A stretch of 63,823 nt of DNA, the filler included. It is 7 parts of 7 records of this genome, joined end to end, with 100 filler letters (N's around TTAATTAATTAA, not from the genome) between each part and the next. Parts side by side here need not be neighbours in the genome. Positions count along the whole stretch, not along the records: positions 1 to 6,728 come from DRR723986_12819; positions 6,829 to 12,015 come from DRR723986_12821; 5 more parts are not named here. One strand, given 5' to 3'. Both the position numbers and the translations under genes were made by a program. Within the stretch, counting starts at the first letter, position 1; every line of letters begins with the position of its first letter. A model generated the notes under the pieces. It worked only from the letters and a program-made list of their open reading frames with translations, was not told where the DNA came from and did not search any database. Positions 1-10,855 of the stretch are shown piece after piece.

Positions 1-315
1 CAATGGTATCTTGATCATCTGGGGATCAACCTGGCGCCCAGGGACATGGACATGGTGCCCTGGGTCAGCGACGCTGGCGTGACGGTCTTCTCTCCCTTTG
101 CCGAGGACACCGACTATTTCGCCGCAGATCACAGCTTCATGCTGAACTTCCGGGTGGGGGATCTGGACGCCATGGTCAGGCAACTGGAATCTGCGGGCAT
201 AGACGTTTACAATCGTCAGAACATGGAGGGGATCGGCCGTTTTGCCCATTTGCGCGACCCCGAAGGTACGCCGATCGAATTGTGGGAACCCTCCCCGACA
301 GGAGATAGCGAATGA
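1..315 (+). CDS. VOC/glyoxalase/bleomycin-resistance family protein (5' truncated)
   Basis: Frame is open from base 1 (QWYLDHLGI...). Motifs FMLNFRVGDLDAMV and GRFAHLRDPEGTPIELWEP are typical of VOC proteins. Confidence 0.85.
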   Translation, partial: QWYLDHLGINLAPRDMDMVPWVSDAGVTVFSPFAEDTDYFAADHSFMLNFRVGDLDAMVRQLESAGIDVYNRQNMEGIGRFAHLRDPEGTPIELWEPSPTGDSE

Positions 316-797
316 CACCATTCACGTCCGAGCCCGAGATCAAGGCCTTTCCGGAAACCCATACGCTTGGTTTTGTCCGCGACTATTCCATGGCGACACT
401 GGATGAAATGCCCGACCTGTGGCGCACATTCTACGAAGCGCCGCTTGTCATTCCCAACTACGTGCCCGGCGCCATGTATGGCGTGTCCTTCGCGGCGGAC
501 GGGCTTGGAAGCTTCAAATACGCAGTGACGGTCGAGGTGGACCCGGTGCCGTCCGAACTGCCCAAGGGCACCAGCCTCGCGCGGTTGCCGGAAGGTGATT
601 ACGCAGTGGTCAAGGATTTCGGCACGCTGGATGACGTTCAGCTTTGCTTCGACTGGATCATTGCCGACTGGCTGCCGAATTCCCGCTATTCGCAGCGTCG
701 CGGCGCAATCTTCGAACGTTACCCCGAAGACCCCCGCAACGGGCCGGGCGGTATGGCGTTCGAAATCTGGGTGCCGGTCAGGGACCGCCCGAACTGA
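312..797 (+). CDS. GyrI-like / AraC effector-binding domain protein
   Basis: MPDLW..YGV..F.YAV..LPEGDYAV..WLPNS..FERY..EIWVPV pattern; ATGA overlap with the VOC gene. Confidence 0.85.
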   Translation: MTPFTSEPEIKAFPETHTLGFVRDYSMATLDEMPDLWRTFYEAPLVIPNYVPGAMYGVSFAADGLGSFKYAVTVEVDPVPSELPKGTSLARLPEGDYAVVKDFGTLDDVQLCFDWIIADWLPNSRYSQRRGAIFERYPEDPRNGPGGMAFEIWVPVRDRPN

Positions 798-860
798 ACC
801 CTTTCTGATCAGCGCAAGATCGGTCAGGCGCGGCGTTCGGAGACCCCGTAAGCTGACCCC

Positions 861-1697
861 ATGAAACGGACGCCCCCATATTCCGATCTGATTGCCCGCA
901 CGCTTTGGCAGGTGGAAACAGACCTGTCCCGAGAGACGGATCTGTCCAGCCTTGCCATCGCCATCGGGGTCAGCCGGTTTCACCTGACACGAGCCTTTGC
1001 GTGGCGCACCGGCCTGCCGCTTGGCAGCTATGTGCGCAGGCGTCGGCTGAGCGAGGCCGCGAAAGCGTTGTCGGCAGGTAAAAGCGTGACCAATGCAGCC
1101 TTCGATGCGGGCTATGACAGTGTCGAGGGGTTTTCCCGTGCGTTCCGTGCCAGTTTCGGCCTTGCCCCGTCATCGATCCGGGGGGCGGCCGATCTGGACC
1201 GTTTAACCTTGCAGGAGGCCATGATGACAACCCAACCCGAAACCCGCGATGTTCCAGTCCCCGAGATCCGCACCATCGAGCCCATTGCCCTTGTGGGGCG
1301 GTCGGGGCGGTTCAGCATGGACAACCGCACGCGCATCCCTGCGCTGTGGGATGACACCGTGTCGGAATGGTATGATGCGATGATCGGCGGCCCCACCTAT
1401 GGCGTCTGTTCGGATTTCAGCGATGCGGGCGAGTTCACCTATAGCGTGGCGTTTCCCGGCGAGGCGGCCGAGGGGCTCGACCGCCTGACGATTCCGGGTG
1501 GCACCTATGCAGTGTTTGCCCATCACGGGCATGTCTCGACAATTGCGCAGACATGGGACGCGATCTTTGCGAAATGGGCGCCGGTCGCGGATTACGACCT
1601 GCAAAACGGCCCGGAATTCGAGCTGTATGACGCGGATTTCGACCCGAAAGGGGTGGGAAAGGTCGCGGTCTGGGTGCCGGTCAGCCCGCGCGGTTAG
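861..1697 (+). CDS. AraC-family regulator with C-terminal GyrI-like effector domain (Rob-like architecture)
   Basis: N-terminal double HTH (SRFHLTRAF, RRRLSEAA, AGYDSVEGFSRAFRASFGLAPS); C-terminal IPALW..YGV..IPGGTYAVF..FELY..WVPV. Confidence 0.9.
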   Translation: MKRTPPYSDLIARTLWQVETDLSRETDLSSLAIAIGVSRFHLTRAFAWRTGLPLGSYVRRRRLSEAAKALSAGKSVTNAAFDAGYDSVEGFSRAFRASFGLAPSSIRGAADLDRLTLQEAMMTTQPETRDVPVPEIRTIEPIALVGRSGRFSMDNRTRIPALWDDTVSEWYDAMIGGPTYGVCSDFSDAGEFTYSVAFPGEAAEGLDRLTIPGGTYAVFAHHGHVSTIAQTWDAIFAKWAPVADYDLQNGPEFELYDADFDPKGVGKVAVWVPVSPRG

Positions 1698-2266
1698 CGG
1701 CTGCCGCCGGGCACCCAAAGCACATCGGCCCGCCCGTCATCGTTGCAGATGCGGGCGGCCACGAAGAACCAGTCGGACAGGCGGTTGAGGTATTTCACCG
1801 CTGCGGGGTTGACCGTTTCCAGCGTCGACAGTTCCACGGCCAGACGCTCGGCGCGGCGCGCCACGGTGCGGCACAGATGCAGATGTGCGGCGGCAGGCGA
1901 GCCGCCGGGCAGGATGAAACTGCGCAGGGGGTCCAGCCGGTCGTTCATCGCGTCAATCTCGGCCTCCAGCCGATCCACCTGACCGGGGATCATGCGCAGG
2001 GGCGGGTATTCCGACTGGGCGTCCTTGTCCATGTCGGGCCGGCACAGGTCCGCACCGAGGTCGAACAGATCGTTCTGGATCATCGCAAGCTGCGCATCCA
2101 GATCGCCGGACGTATGAAGCCGCGCCAGACCAAGCGTCGCGTTCAGTTCGTCCACTGTGCCATAGGCGGTGACGCGGGCGGAATGCTTATCGACCCGTGC
2201 GCCATTGCCAAGCGCGGTCTGGCCCGCGTCTCCGGTACGAGTGTAAATCTTGTTCAAAACGACCAT
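1694..2266 (-). CDS. Cob(I)alamin adenosyltransferase, PduO type
   Basis: KIYTRTGDAGQT, AYGTVDELN, QNDLFDLGADL, FILPGG, CRTVARRAER, YLNRLSD. Confidence 0.95.
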   Translation of the reverse strand: MVVLNKIYTRTGDAGQTALGNGARVDKHSARVTAYGTVDELNATLGLARLHTSGDLDAQLAMIQNDLFDLGADLCRPDMDKDAQSEYPPLRMIPGQVDRLEAEIDAMNDRLDPLRSFILPGGSPAAAHLHLCRTVARRAERLAVELSTLETVNPAAVKYLNRLSDWFFVAARICNDDGRADVLWVPGGSR

Positions 2267-2269
2267 GTC

Positions 2270-2473
2270 TCAGCCTCCGTTGCCGCGCAGATAAACCACC
2301 AGAGCGATCAGGATCACCGCCACAAATTGAGCCGCCAGACGCCAGCGCATGATCTTGTTGGCGTTCCTGCGGTTGAATTCGCCCCCACGGGTGAAGGTGC
2401 CGATCCCGAAAAGCAGGATAATGGCGACCCCGACCGTGACGATCAGGGCTATGATGGTAAGGGTATCTACCAT
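2270..2473 (-). CDS. Twin-transmembrane-helix small protein (HIG1-like)
   Basis: Two hydrophobic helices flanking GGEFNRRNANKIMRWR; usual alphaproteobacterial neighbour of PduO; start set at MVDTL. Confidence 0.85.
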   Translation of the reverse strand: MVDTLTIIALIVTVGVAIILLFGIGTFTRGGEFNRRNANKIMRWRLAAQFVAVILIALVVYLRGNGG

Positions 2474-2589
2474 GGCGATCCTTTCCGGGAGGCTTTGCCC
2501 GTCTTTGCTGGCCGATATCGATGGCCCGGCGCTGTATGTAGAGCGCGCGACTGGAAAAGCGAAGGGTTTTTCCCTTTGAGTGAGCGTGG

Positions 2590-3420
2590 TCAAGTGACCC
2601 GGCGAATGACCCAGTCAGAGGCCCGCGTCGGCAGAACCCGGTCCAGCACATTGACGAATTCAGCCAGCTTGGTGACCCGGTAACGGGCGCGCGGACGGCG
2701 GGCTTCCAGCGCATGGATCAGCTTGTGCGTCACCGCCGCGGGCTGTGCTTCCAGCCGGGCTACGGCGGCGCGGCCCCGGCTTTTGTTCAACAGCGTCTTT
2801 CTATAATCCTCGGCCCGGGCAGAGTTTTCCCAGTCAATCCACTTTTCCAGCTCGCGGCCAGAGTTTTCCCCGAACCGGGTGGCAATCAGCCCCGGCTGGA
2901 TCAGGCTGACATGAATGCCGCTGCCGTGCAGTTCCAGCCGCAGGCTGTCGGTCAGACCCTCCAGCCCGTGCTTGGTCGAGATATAGGCCCCGCGCCAGGG
3001 CGAGGCGGCATAGCCAAACACCGAGGTGCAATTGACGATGCGTCCATGTCCTTGTGCACGCATGACAGGAATGACCTGACGGGTCAGATCCTGCGGGCCG
3101 ATCAGGTTGGCCTGAAGAATGGTTTCGAACGCCGCGCGGGGCAGATCCTCCAGCAATCCGGGAATGCCGTAGGCCCCGTTGTTGTAAAGCGCGTCCAACC
3201 TGCCGCCGGTTGCGTGCAGCACCTCGGCAAGTGCGGTCTGGATTGAGCCTTCATCTTCGTAGTCCAGCCGGGGGCTGTCGAACCCTTCGCCGCGCAATCG
3301 CGCGCAGTCGTCGGCCTTGCGGCAACTGGCAAAGACCCGCCAGCCCCGGTTTCGCAATGTATGTGCGGCGTCATAGCCGATGCCAGAGGAACAACCGGTG
3401 ATCAGAATACTGCGGGTCAT
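2590..3420 (-). CDS. Short-chain dehydrogenase/reductase
   Basis: [19 protein letters not shown] (YxxxK). Confidence 0.9.
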   Translation of the reverse strand: MTRSILITGCSSGIGYDAAHTLRNRGWRVFASCRKADDCARLRGEGFDSPRLDYEDEGSIQTALAEVLHATGGRLDALYNNGAYGIPGLLEDLPRAAFETILQANLIGPQDLTRQVIPVMRAQGHGRIVNCTSVFGYAASPWRGAYISTKHGLEGLTDSLRLELHGSGIHVSLIQPGLIATRFGENSGRELEKWIDWENSARAEDYRKTLLNKSRGRAAVARLEAQPAAVTHKLIHALEARRPRARYRVTKLAEFVNVLDRVLPTRASDWVIRRVT

Positions 3421-3536
3421 GGATGAATCCTGTTGCGCATTGTCGCCGATGCGTAGGACGGCGGGCCGTCCGGTGCAACTATGGTGACATATCCTGCTTT
3501 ACCCTGTCTTGTGGTTTCGCGTATCACGGATACCAA

Positions 3537-5840
3537 ATGAACGAGCAGACAATGTCAGACGACAACCGTGAAATATCAGAACCGCTGAGCCGCGCCATTG
3601 GCTCTCGCTATCTGCAATATGCGCTTTCGACCATCATGCACCGGGCCTTGCCCGATGCGCGTGACGGGTTGAAGCCTGTGCATAGGCGGATTCTCTATGC
3701 GATGCGGGAACTGCGCCTTGCCTCTAACGGGGGGTTCCGCAAATCGGCGAAGATTTCCGGCGACGTGATGGGTAATTATCACCCCCATGGCGATGCCGCG
3801 ATCTATGACGCGATGGCGCGTTTGGCGCAGGATTTCACCATTCGCTATCCGCTGGTCGACGGTCAGGGCAATTTCGGCAATATCGACGGTGATAACCCCG
3901 CTGCCAGCCGCTACACCGAGGCGCGAATGACCGCCGTGGCCGAAGTGCTGCTGGAAGGGCTGACCGAAAACGCCGTTGATTTCCGTGACAATTACGACGG
4001 CACCTTGCAGGAACCCGAGGTTCTGCCCGCCGCGCTGCCCAACCTGCTGGCCAACGGGTCGAGCGGCATTGCCGTGGGCATGGCCACGAACATTCCGCCG
4101 CATAACGTGGATGAGCTGATCAATGCGTGTCTGCATCTGATCAAGACGCCCGACGCGCGCGACGAGACGCTGTTGAACTACATCGAAGGGCCGGATTTTC
4201 CGACCGGCGGCGTGATCGTCGAGCCCAAGGACAGCATGGCCGAGACCTATCGCACGGGTCGCGGGGCTTTCCGCCTGCGGGCCAAGTGGGAAACCGAGGA
4301 TCTGGGCCGCGGCATGTGGCAGGTTGTAGTGACCGAAATTCCCTACCAAGTGCAGAAGTCGAAGCTGATCGAGAAGATCGCGGAACTGATCCAGACCAAG
4401 AAGGTGCCGATTCTTGCGGATGTGCGGGACGAATCGGCGGACGATATCCGTATCGTACTGGAACCCCGGTCCAAGAACGTCGAACCGGATATCCTTATGG
4501 GCACGCTGTTTCGCAGCTCGGATCTGGAGATTCGGTTCAACCTGAACATGAATGTGCTGATCGACGGGCGCACGCCGAAAGTGTGCAGCCTGAAGGAAGT
4601 TCTGCGCGCCTTCCTCGATCACCGGCGCGAGGTTCTGATCCGCCGCTCGACCCACCGGATGGAAAAGATCGACCACCGGCTGGAGGTTCTGGAAGGCTTC
4701 ATCATCACCTTCCTCAACCTCGACCGGGTGATCGACATCATCCGCTACGACGATGACCCCAAGGCCGCGCTGATGCGCGAGGAATGGGGGCGGCGCCACG
4801 TGCGTGCCACCTCCGAGGCCGATTATGTCAGCCCTGCCCCGGGTGAGGGAGAGCTGTCCGAGGTTCAGGCCGAAGCGATCCTGAACATGCGCCTGCGGTC
4901 CTTGCGGCGGTTGGAGGAAATGGAGCTGCTGAAAGAGCAGGCGGCACTGATGGAAGAACGCGCCAGTCTGGACGATCTGCTGGCGCGTGACGAGCTGCAA
5001 TGGGGCCGCATCGCCGACGAACTGCGCGAGATGCGCAAGCAGTTCGGCAAAGGCACCGATTTCGGCAAGCGCCGCAGCACCTTCGCGGAAGCCGGCGAAA
5101 CCCCGGATGTGCCACTGGAAGCGATGATAGAACGTGAACCGATCACCGTGGTTCTGTCCAAGATGGGTTGGGTGCGGGCCATGAAAGGCCATGTCGCGCT
5201 GGATGGAGAGTTCAAATACAAGGACGGTGACGAAGGTCGTTTCCTGATGCATGCAGAAACCACCGACAAGCTGCTGGTCTTCGGCAATAACGGTCGTTTC
5301 TATACGATTGCAGCGGCGAACCTCCCCGGCGGGCGTGGTATGGGGGAACCCGTGCGCCTGATGGTCGATCTGCCCAATGAGGTCGAGATTGTTGACCTGA
5401 TCATCCACAAGCCGGGCGCGAAACTGCTGGTGGCGTCCTCGGCGGGCGACGGGTTCCTTGTGCCCGAGTCAGATGTCGTGGCCCAGACCCGGTCGGGCAA
5501 GCAGGTGCTGAACGTCAAGGCCCCGGTGCGGGCGGCGGTCTGTACCCGCGTTCAGGCTGGCGAAGACTATGTCGCCTGCGTGGGCGAGAACCGAAAGGTG
5601 CTGGTCTTCCCGCTGGACGAACTGCCGGAAATGGGACGCGGAAAAGGCGTGCGGTTACAGAAATACAAGGATGGTGGCCTGTCGGATGCGCGTTGCTTCA
5701 ACCGCGCCGAAGGTCTGAGCTGGAAAGACCCTGCCGGACGCACCCGGACCGAAACCGATCTGGCGGAATGGGATGGCAAGCGGGCTGGCACCGGGCGCAT
5801 GGCGCCGCGTGGCTTCCCGAGAAACAACCGGTTTACCTGA
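3537..5840 (+). CDS. parC: DNA topoisomerase IV subunit A
   Basis: [39 protein letters not shown]; short C-terminal domain without a GyrA box; start at 3537 or 3552. Confidence 0.95.
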   Translation: MNEQTMSDDNREISEPLSRAIGSRYLQYALSTIMHRALPDARDGLKPVHRRILYAMRELRLASNGGFRKSAKISGDVMGNYHPHGDAAIYDAMARLAQDFTIRYPLVDGQGNFGNIDGDNPAASRYTEARMTAVAEVLLEGLTENAVDFRDNYDGTLQEPEVLPAALPNLLANGSSGIAVGMATNIPPHNVDELINACLHLIKTPDARDETLLNYIEGPDFPTGGVIVEPKDSMAETYRTGRGAFRLRAKWETEDLGRGMWQVVVTEIPYQVQKSKLIEKIAELIQTKKVPILADVRDESADDIRIVLEPRSKNVEPDILMGTLFRSSDLEIRFNLNMNVLIDGRTPKVCSLKEVLRAFLDHRREVLIRRSTHRMEKIDHRLEVLEGFIITFLNLDRVIDIIRYDDDPKAALMREEWGRRHVRATSEADYVSPAPGEGELSEVQAEAILNMRLRSLRRLEEMELLKEQAALMEERASLDDLLARDELQWGRIADELREMRKQFGKGTDFGKRRSTFAEAGETPDVPLEAMIEREPITVVLSKMGWVRAMKGHVALDGEFKYKDGDEGRFLMHAETTDKLLVFGNNGRFYTIAAANLPGGRGMGEPVRLMVDLPNEVEIVDLIIHKPGAKLLVASSAGDGFLVPESDVVAQTRSGKQVLNVKAPVRAAVCTRVQAGEDYVACVGENRKVLVFPLDELPEMGRGKGVRLQKYKDGGLSDARCFNRAEGLSWKDPAGRTRTETDLAEWDGKRAGTGRMAPRGFPRNNRFT

Positions 5841-5959
5841 GATCAGACCATGCAACCGGGCCACGGTTTTCTGCCGATCTTTCGGCGGCTTGACCGGTTT
5901 GATTGCGCCCTCCGTCCGGCTGCGCTATCCCGGATGGGCTGCCATCTAGGAGGAGCCTC

Positions 5960-6592
5960 ATGCGCGCCCTGTCCCGTTTCGCCCTTTTGGGGCTGGTCCT
6001 GATTCTCGGGGCCTGCGCCGCGACCGACCCGCTGGAAGAGGAATTGCCCGATATGGGCGATTTCCGATTGGCCTACAATATCGTCGTGGCCGACAACATG
6101 CAGCAGGTGCCGCCATCGCGCGAAGCTTCGGGCGAGGAATGGATCGAGGTTCTGACAACCGAGATCGACCGCCGTTTCGGCGGTTACGAAGGCGACCGGC
6201 TGTATCACATCGCCATCCATGTCGATGCCTATGCGTTGGCACCTCCGGGGATTCCCGTTGTGCTGCAACCGCGCTCGATCCTGGTGGTCAGCGCCAATGT
6301 CTGGGATGATGAATTGCAGGCCAAGCTGCATGACGACCCCGAACAGCTGACCATCTTTGAAGGGGCAGCAGCGGAAACGATGATCATCGGGTCTGGTCTT
6401 GCGCGGTCGCGCGAAGAACAGATGCAGGTTCTGGCCCGCAACGCGGCGCGGCGCATCCAGCTGTGGATGCTGACCCATCCGGAATGGTTCTCGATCGACG
6501 AGGAAGAGGCCGCCGAAGCACAGGCCGCGCTGGAAGCGCAGGTCGAAGCGGTGGAGCAACCCGTTGAGCTGCCGGAAGAAGCGGCGGAATAA
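5960..6592 (+). CDS. Hypothetical lipoprotein
   Basis: AGGAG RBS; signal peptide with lipobox LGAC; acidic tail. Confidence 0.75.
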   Translation: MRALSRFALLGLVLILGACAATDPLEEELPDMGDFRLAYNIVVADNMQQVPPSREASGEEWIEVLTTEIDRRFGGYEGDRLYHIAIHVDAYALAPPGIPVVLQPRSILVVSANVWDDELQAKLHDDPEQLTIFEGAAAETMIIGSGLARSREEQMQVLARNAARRIQLWMLTHPEWFSIDEEEAAEAQAALEAQVEAVEQPVELPEEAAE

Positions 6593-6698
6593 CGGGATTT
6601 CCCCAACTCACCCTTGATTTTTCCCCCGCGCCTCAGTAACGAGCGCGCGATGATGAACCGGGGCCGGGCGGCCCCCCCAAGCATGAGGCGCCTGAGCA

Positions 6699-6728
6699 AT
6701 GGCAAAGGAAAAGTTTGAGCGCGGCAAG
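6699..6728 (+). CDS. tuf: Elongation factor Tu, first 10 codons (3' truncated at contig end)
   Basis: Translates as MAKEKFERGK. A contig break inside tuf is expected because the gene is usually duplicated. Confidence 0.85.
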
Positions 6729-6828
6729 NNNNNNNNNNNNNNNNNNNNNNNNNNNNNNNNNNNNNNNNNNNNTTAATTAATTAANNNNNNNNNNNNNNNN
6801 NNNNNNNNNNNNNNNNNNNNNNNNNNNN
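6729..6828. other. Artificial contig spacer
   Basis: 44 N + TTAATTAATTAA (stops in all six frames) + 44 N. Confidence 0.99.
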
Positions 6829-8141
6829 AACACCGGCATTGCCATGCGCCGCGCGGCGTTCTCCGCCGCTTGCATCGCCCCCTCGCCAAGGGCGCGGTAG
6901 CGGTGATCGGCGTGTTCGCCCACCACAATCGCATCGTCCACGACAATGCCCAGCGTGATAATCAGCCCAAAAAGCGAGATCATGTTCAGCGTCAAACCCG
7001 CCGCATACATCAGTGCAATTGCCGCGCCCATCGCAACAGGGATGCCTGCCGCAACCCAGAACGCGGTGCGGGCATTGAGGAACAAAAACAGCAGCCCAAC
7101 GACCAGCCCAAGCCCCATCAGACCATTGTCGATCAGCAGATCCAAACGCCCGGTGATCGCCTCGGCGCGGGTGCGGATCAGCTCCACCGTGACAGAGGCC
7201 GGCAAGCCCGCCTGCAATTCAGCCGCGACCTGTTCCACCCGTTCCTGAATGGCGATGGCATCGCCCCTGTCAGAGCGGTCAACCCGGATCGACATCGCGG
7301 GGTCGGCCCCCACGAAAAAGCTGCGTTCGCGGTCAACGCCCTGGGTGCGGACCAGTGCGACATCGCCAATGGTCAATTTTGACCCGTCAGGATTGGACCG
7401 CAGCACAATACCAGCAATCTCCGCCGCGCTGCGTTTGGCGGTGCCTGTGCGCACCCGTGCATTGGCGCCGCTCACATCCCCCGCGGGATCGGCGTCAACC
7501 TCGGCGGCGATGGCGCTGGCGATATCTGCCATGGACACGTCAAACGCAATCAACTTGGCCGAGGGCACCTCGACCAATGTTTCTGGCGCGGCGACCCCTT
7601 GGATGGTGGTGCGCGTGACGCCCGCCGCAAAGAGACGCGTTACAAATTCATCGGCAAAACGGCCCAGCTGCGCGGGGGCAATCGGCCCGGTGATCACCAC
7701 ATCTGTGACCCTGTCGCGCCACGCACCGCGCCGCACGGTGGGATCTTCGGCATCCTCGGGCAGCGTGGTGATGGCATCAACCGCCGTCTGCACGTCCGCC
7801 GCGGCGCGGGCCATGTCCCAGCCCGGCTCAAAATCCAGCGTCACCACACCGCGCCCTTCACGCGAGGTGCTGTTGGAACTTTCGACACCCTCAACACCCA
7901 GCAAGGCAGGCTCCAGCACCTGCACGATGGCCTCGTCCACATCTTCGGCCCCGGCCCCGCTCCACAGCGTTGTCACAGAGACATTGTCGATGATCACATC
8001 AGGAAAGAACTGCGCCCGCATATTGGGCGCGGCGGCAAATCCGGCCACCAAAAGCACCACCAGCAACAGGTTCGCCGCCGTCGCATGGCGGGTGAAATAG
8101 GACAGGATGCCCCCTGCCGCAGATCCGATGGGCCGTGCCAT
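6829..8141 (-). CDS. RND efflux permease, AcrB/AcrD/AcrF family (3' truncated)
   Basis: ANLL N-terminus; LNMISLFGLIITLGIVVDDAIVVGE motif. Confidence 0.95.
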
Positions 8142-8143
8142 AG

Positions 8144-9634
8144 CTAGCCCCCCATGCGGCTTTCAATGCGCGCCACCATGCGGGCGGGCACCTGCGGTTT
8201 TGACAATTGTGCCAACACCCGCGCCTTGGCCTCTTTTGGCATCCGTTTGTTGCCCTCGACAAAGGCCACAAGCCGGGCGCGGCGTTCTTCGGTCAACTCC
8301 AGCATTTCAGGCTCATCCGGCGGCGCAGTGGCCGCACCATCCGCGCCGCGCCGCAATGGTTTCACCGCGATCCCTGCGCCAAGCAGGGGCGAGCGTGCCT
8401 CAACAACCTCGCGGCCAAGGATCGGCCCGCGCACCAGCACATCATCGCCCTGATTGCGCAGCACCGTAACTTGCACCGCCTCAAGCCGGTCTGCGTCGTT
8501 CAGCACCAGAACCTCGCCCCCCGCATCCACGGCAGAAGCAGGCAAGCGCACAACGCCAGGCAGCTCCGGCTCCCGCACCTGAACGGTCACAAAATCGCCC
8601 GGCTTGAACCCCGGCGCACTGCCCAAGGCAGCAAAAATCAGCCGTCCGGTAGACCCTTCGCCCGCCGCAGCGGCAGCGCGGCTGATCCGACCTTTGGCCG
8701 TCAGATCCACACCGGCGACATCCAGAATTACATCCACATCCGCACGGATCAACCCGCCTTGATCATCCAGCAATCGCGCAAATTGCGCGGTCGACAGCCG
8801 GAAAGACACTTCCAGATCATCGGGATCAATCAGCTCCGCCAGCCGTTCATTGGCAGAAACCAAGCGCCCCACCACGACATTGGTCGAAGACAACGTGCCA
8901 TCAAAGGGGGCGGTCAAAGTGGTATCCTCAAGCCGCCGCCGCGCCTCGGCCAGCGCGATACGCGCGCGTGCCAATCCTGTTGCGGCCTGGTCCACACGGG
9001 TTTGCCCCTGCGCCAGCGCCTGACGCCGTGACAGCACCGCCTGCTGCGCGGCTGAGACCGCCAGTTCGGCGGTTTCGGTTGCTGCTGTGGTGCCCACGCC
9101 GCGCTCGGCCAGATCTTGTTGCCGGAGCAACGCGCGTTCGCGCAAGGTCGCCTGATCTTCGGCTGCGGCCAACTCATCACGGGCCAAGGCAAGATTGCGA
9201 TCCGCGTCGCGCACGGCGGCTTCGGCATCGGACAGATCATTGGCCGCGCGGTCCACCGCAGATTGCGCATCTGCCGGATCGAGCTGCACCAGCTCTTGCC
9301 CGGCGACAACCGTGCCGCCGTCCTCAAACCCTTCGGCCAGCCCGATCACACGGCCACTGCCCGCCGCGCGAAGTTCCAGCAACCGGCGGCTTTGCACCTC
9401 GCCAAAGCTTTGCAAAACCGGGATCACATCCTGTGCCTGTGCCATCTGCACGTTCACGGCAAACACCCGTTCCCGCGCTGGCGGGGCCTTGGCCTCATCG
9501 GCGAGGCGTTCGCGCAGGGCACCGCCCACCAAAGACACGGCATAAGCCAGCAGGCCAAACGTCAGCGCCGCCAGAAACAGACCGATCATGCTTTGTCTCA
9601 GAAACCGCATCGCTATCCCATCACCTGCGGACAT
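8144..9634 (-). CDS. RND periplasmic adaptor (MFP)
   Basis: N-terminal membrane anchor, long coiled coil, TLTAPFDG lipoyl half-motif; directly upstream of the RND gene. Confidence 0.9.
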   Translation of the reverse strand: MSAGDGIAMRFLRQSMIGLFLAALTFGLLAYAVSLVGGALRERLADEAKAPPARERVFAVNVQMAQAQDVIPVLQSFGEVQSRRLLELRAAGSGRVIGLAEGFEDGGTVVAGQELVQLDPADAQSAVDRAANDLSDAEAAVRDADRNLALARDELAAAEDQATLRERALLRQQDLAERGVGTTAATETAELAVSAAQQAVLSRRQALAQGQTRVDQAATGLARARIALAEARRRLEDTTLTAPFDGTLSSTNVVVGRLVSANERLAELIDPDDLEVSFRLSTAQFARLLDDQGGLIRADVDVILDVAGVDLTAKGRISRAAAAAGEGSTGRLIFAALGSAPGFKPGDFVTVQVREPELPGVVRLPASAVDAGGEVLVLNDADRLEAVQVTVLRNQGDDVLVRGPILGREVVEARSPLLGAGIAVKPLRRGADGAATAPPDEPEMLELTEERRARLVAFVEGNKRMPKEAKARVLAQLSKPQVPARMVARIESRMGG

Positions 9635-9701
9635 GCGCCGCTCATTTAACCTAGTGGCCCGTACCCAAAAGCCAAGTCACAAGGTGATACGGGGGCCCGC
9701 G

Positions 9702-10244
9702 TTACTTCCGTCGCTTGTGTTCATCCAAACGCGGCATAATTTCCACAAAATTGCACGGCCGGTGCCGATAATCGAGCTGTTTGCACAAAATCTCGTCCCA
9801 TGCGTCCTTGCAGGCTCCGGGCGATCCGGGCAGCGCAAAAAGGTAGGTGCCATTGGACACGCCGCCCGTGGCGCGGCTTTGTACGGCGGAGGTGCCGATC
9901 TTTTGCATCGACACAATGGTAAAGACCGTCCCGAAGGCTTCGATCTCTTTTTCGTAAACGTCCCGGTGTGCCTCAACGGTCACATCGCGGCCGGTCAATC
10001 CGGTGCCGCCGGTGCTGATCACCACATCAATATCACCGTCCGCGCACCATGTGCGCAGCTGATCTGCGATCAATTTGCGTTCGTCGCGCACGATGTTGCG
10101 CTCTTTCAGGATATGCCCAGCCGCCTCGATCCGCGCGGCCAGAACATCGCCGGATTTGTCGTCTGCCAACGCCCGCGTGTCCGACACGGTTAATACCGCG
10201 ATGCGGACAGGGACAAATTCCATGGTTTCGTCAATTCTGCTCAT
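9702..10244 (-). CDS. moaB: Molybdenum cofactor biosynthesis protein B
   Basis: IAVLTVSD, DDKSG, TGGTGLTGRDVT, LPGSPGAC, HRPCNF. Confidence 0.95.
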   Translation of the reverse strand: MSRIDETMEFVPVRIAVLTVSDTRALADDKSGDVLAARIEAAGHILKERNIVRDERKLIADQLRTWCADGDIDVVISTGGTGLTGRDVTVEAHRDVYEKEIEAFGTVFTIVSMQKIGTSAVQSRATGGVSNGTYLFALPGSPGACKDAWDEILCKQLDYRHRPCNFVEIMPRLDEHKRRK

Positions 10245-10855
10245 GTTCGCTCCATCAGGGCCAATCGCGCCGCAAGCGCGACAAAAATTCCGCTGGTGAT
10301 CCAGCCCAACGCGCGGCTGCCCGAGGCCACACGCCGCCCCACGCCGCCCGCAAAAACGCCGACCGCGGCGTTAATGAAAAAGCCAAACAACCCGATGATC
10401 GATCCAAAAATTAGGAACTGCAGCAAGACGCTGCCCGCCTCGGGTTTCACAAACTGCGGCAAGAACGCCAGCACAAAGAAGATCAGCTTGGGATTGGTCA
10501 GGTTCACGATAAATCCCGTCGCGAAGGCCCGCGCAGGACGCAGCGCTGCCGCCTTTTGCTTGGCTCCGCTTTGACTGCGCAGGGACTGCACCGCCAGAAA
10601 CAGCAGATAGGCCACACCCGCCCAGCGGATCGCATCAAACGCCCAAGGCACCGCCGCGATCACCGCGCCAAGGCCAAGCCCTGCCAGCAATACATGCACC
10701 ATCGACCCCGCCGAAATGCCTGCGCTGGCCGCCACTGCCGCCCTTGGCCCAGAGCGCAGCCCCTGACCAAGACAAAACATCATATCCGCCCCCGGCGTCA
10801 GGTTCAGCGCCAGAGAGGCAGGCACAAATGCGGCCAGGGTCAGCAGATCAATCAT
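10241..10855 (-). CDS. LysE/RhtB family translocator
   Basis: TPGADM, NLTNPK, FLPQF; start set at MIDLL, overlapping the UDG stop. Confidence 0.9.
   Translation of the reverse strand: MIDLLTLAAFVPASLALNLTPGADMMFCLGQGLRSGPRAAVAASAGISAGSMVHVLLAGLGLGAVIAAVPWAFDAIRWAGVAYLLFLAVQSLRSQSGAKQKAAALRPARAFATGFIVNLTNPKLIFFVLAFLPQFVKPEAGSVLLQFLIFGSIIGLFGFFINAAVGVFAGGVGRRVASGSRALGWITSGIFVALAARLALMERT

Noticed and set aside
3576..5408. Long antisense or alternative-frame ORFs (also 12318-13481, 14845-16305, 52718-54580, 58911-60278)
   Set aside because: Shadow ORFs of high-GC genes with no recognisable motifs.
312..5840. GyrI-like genes acting as inhibitors of the nearby parC
   Set aside because: Separated by unrelated housekeeping genes, and GyrI-like domains are general small-molecule binders.
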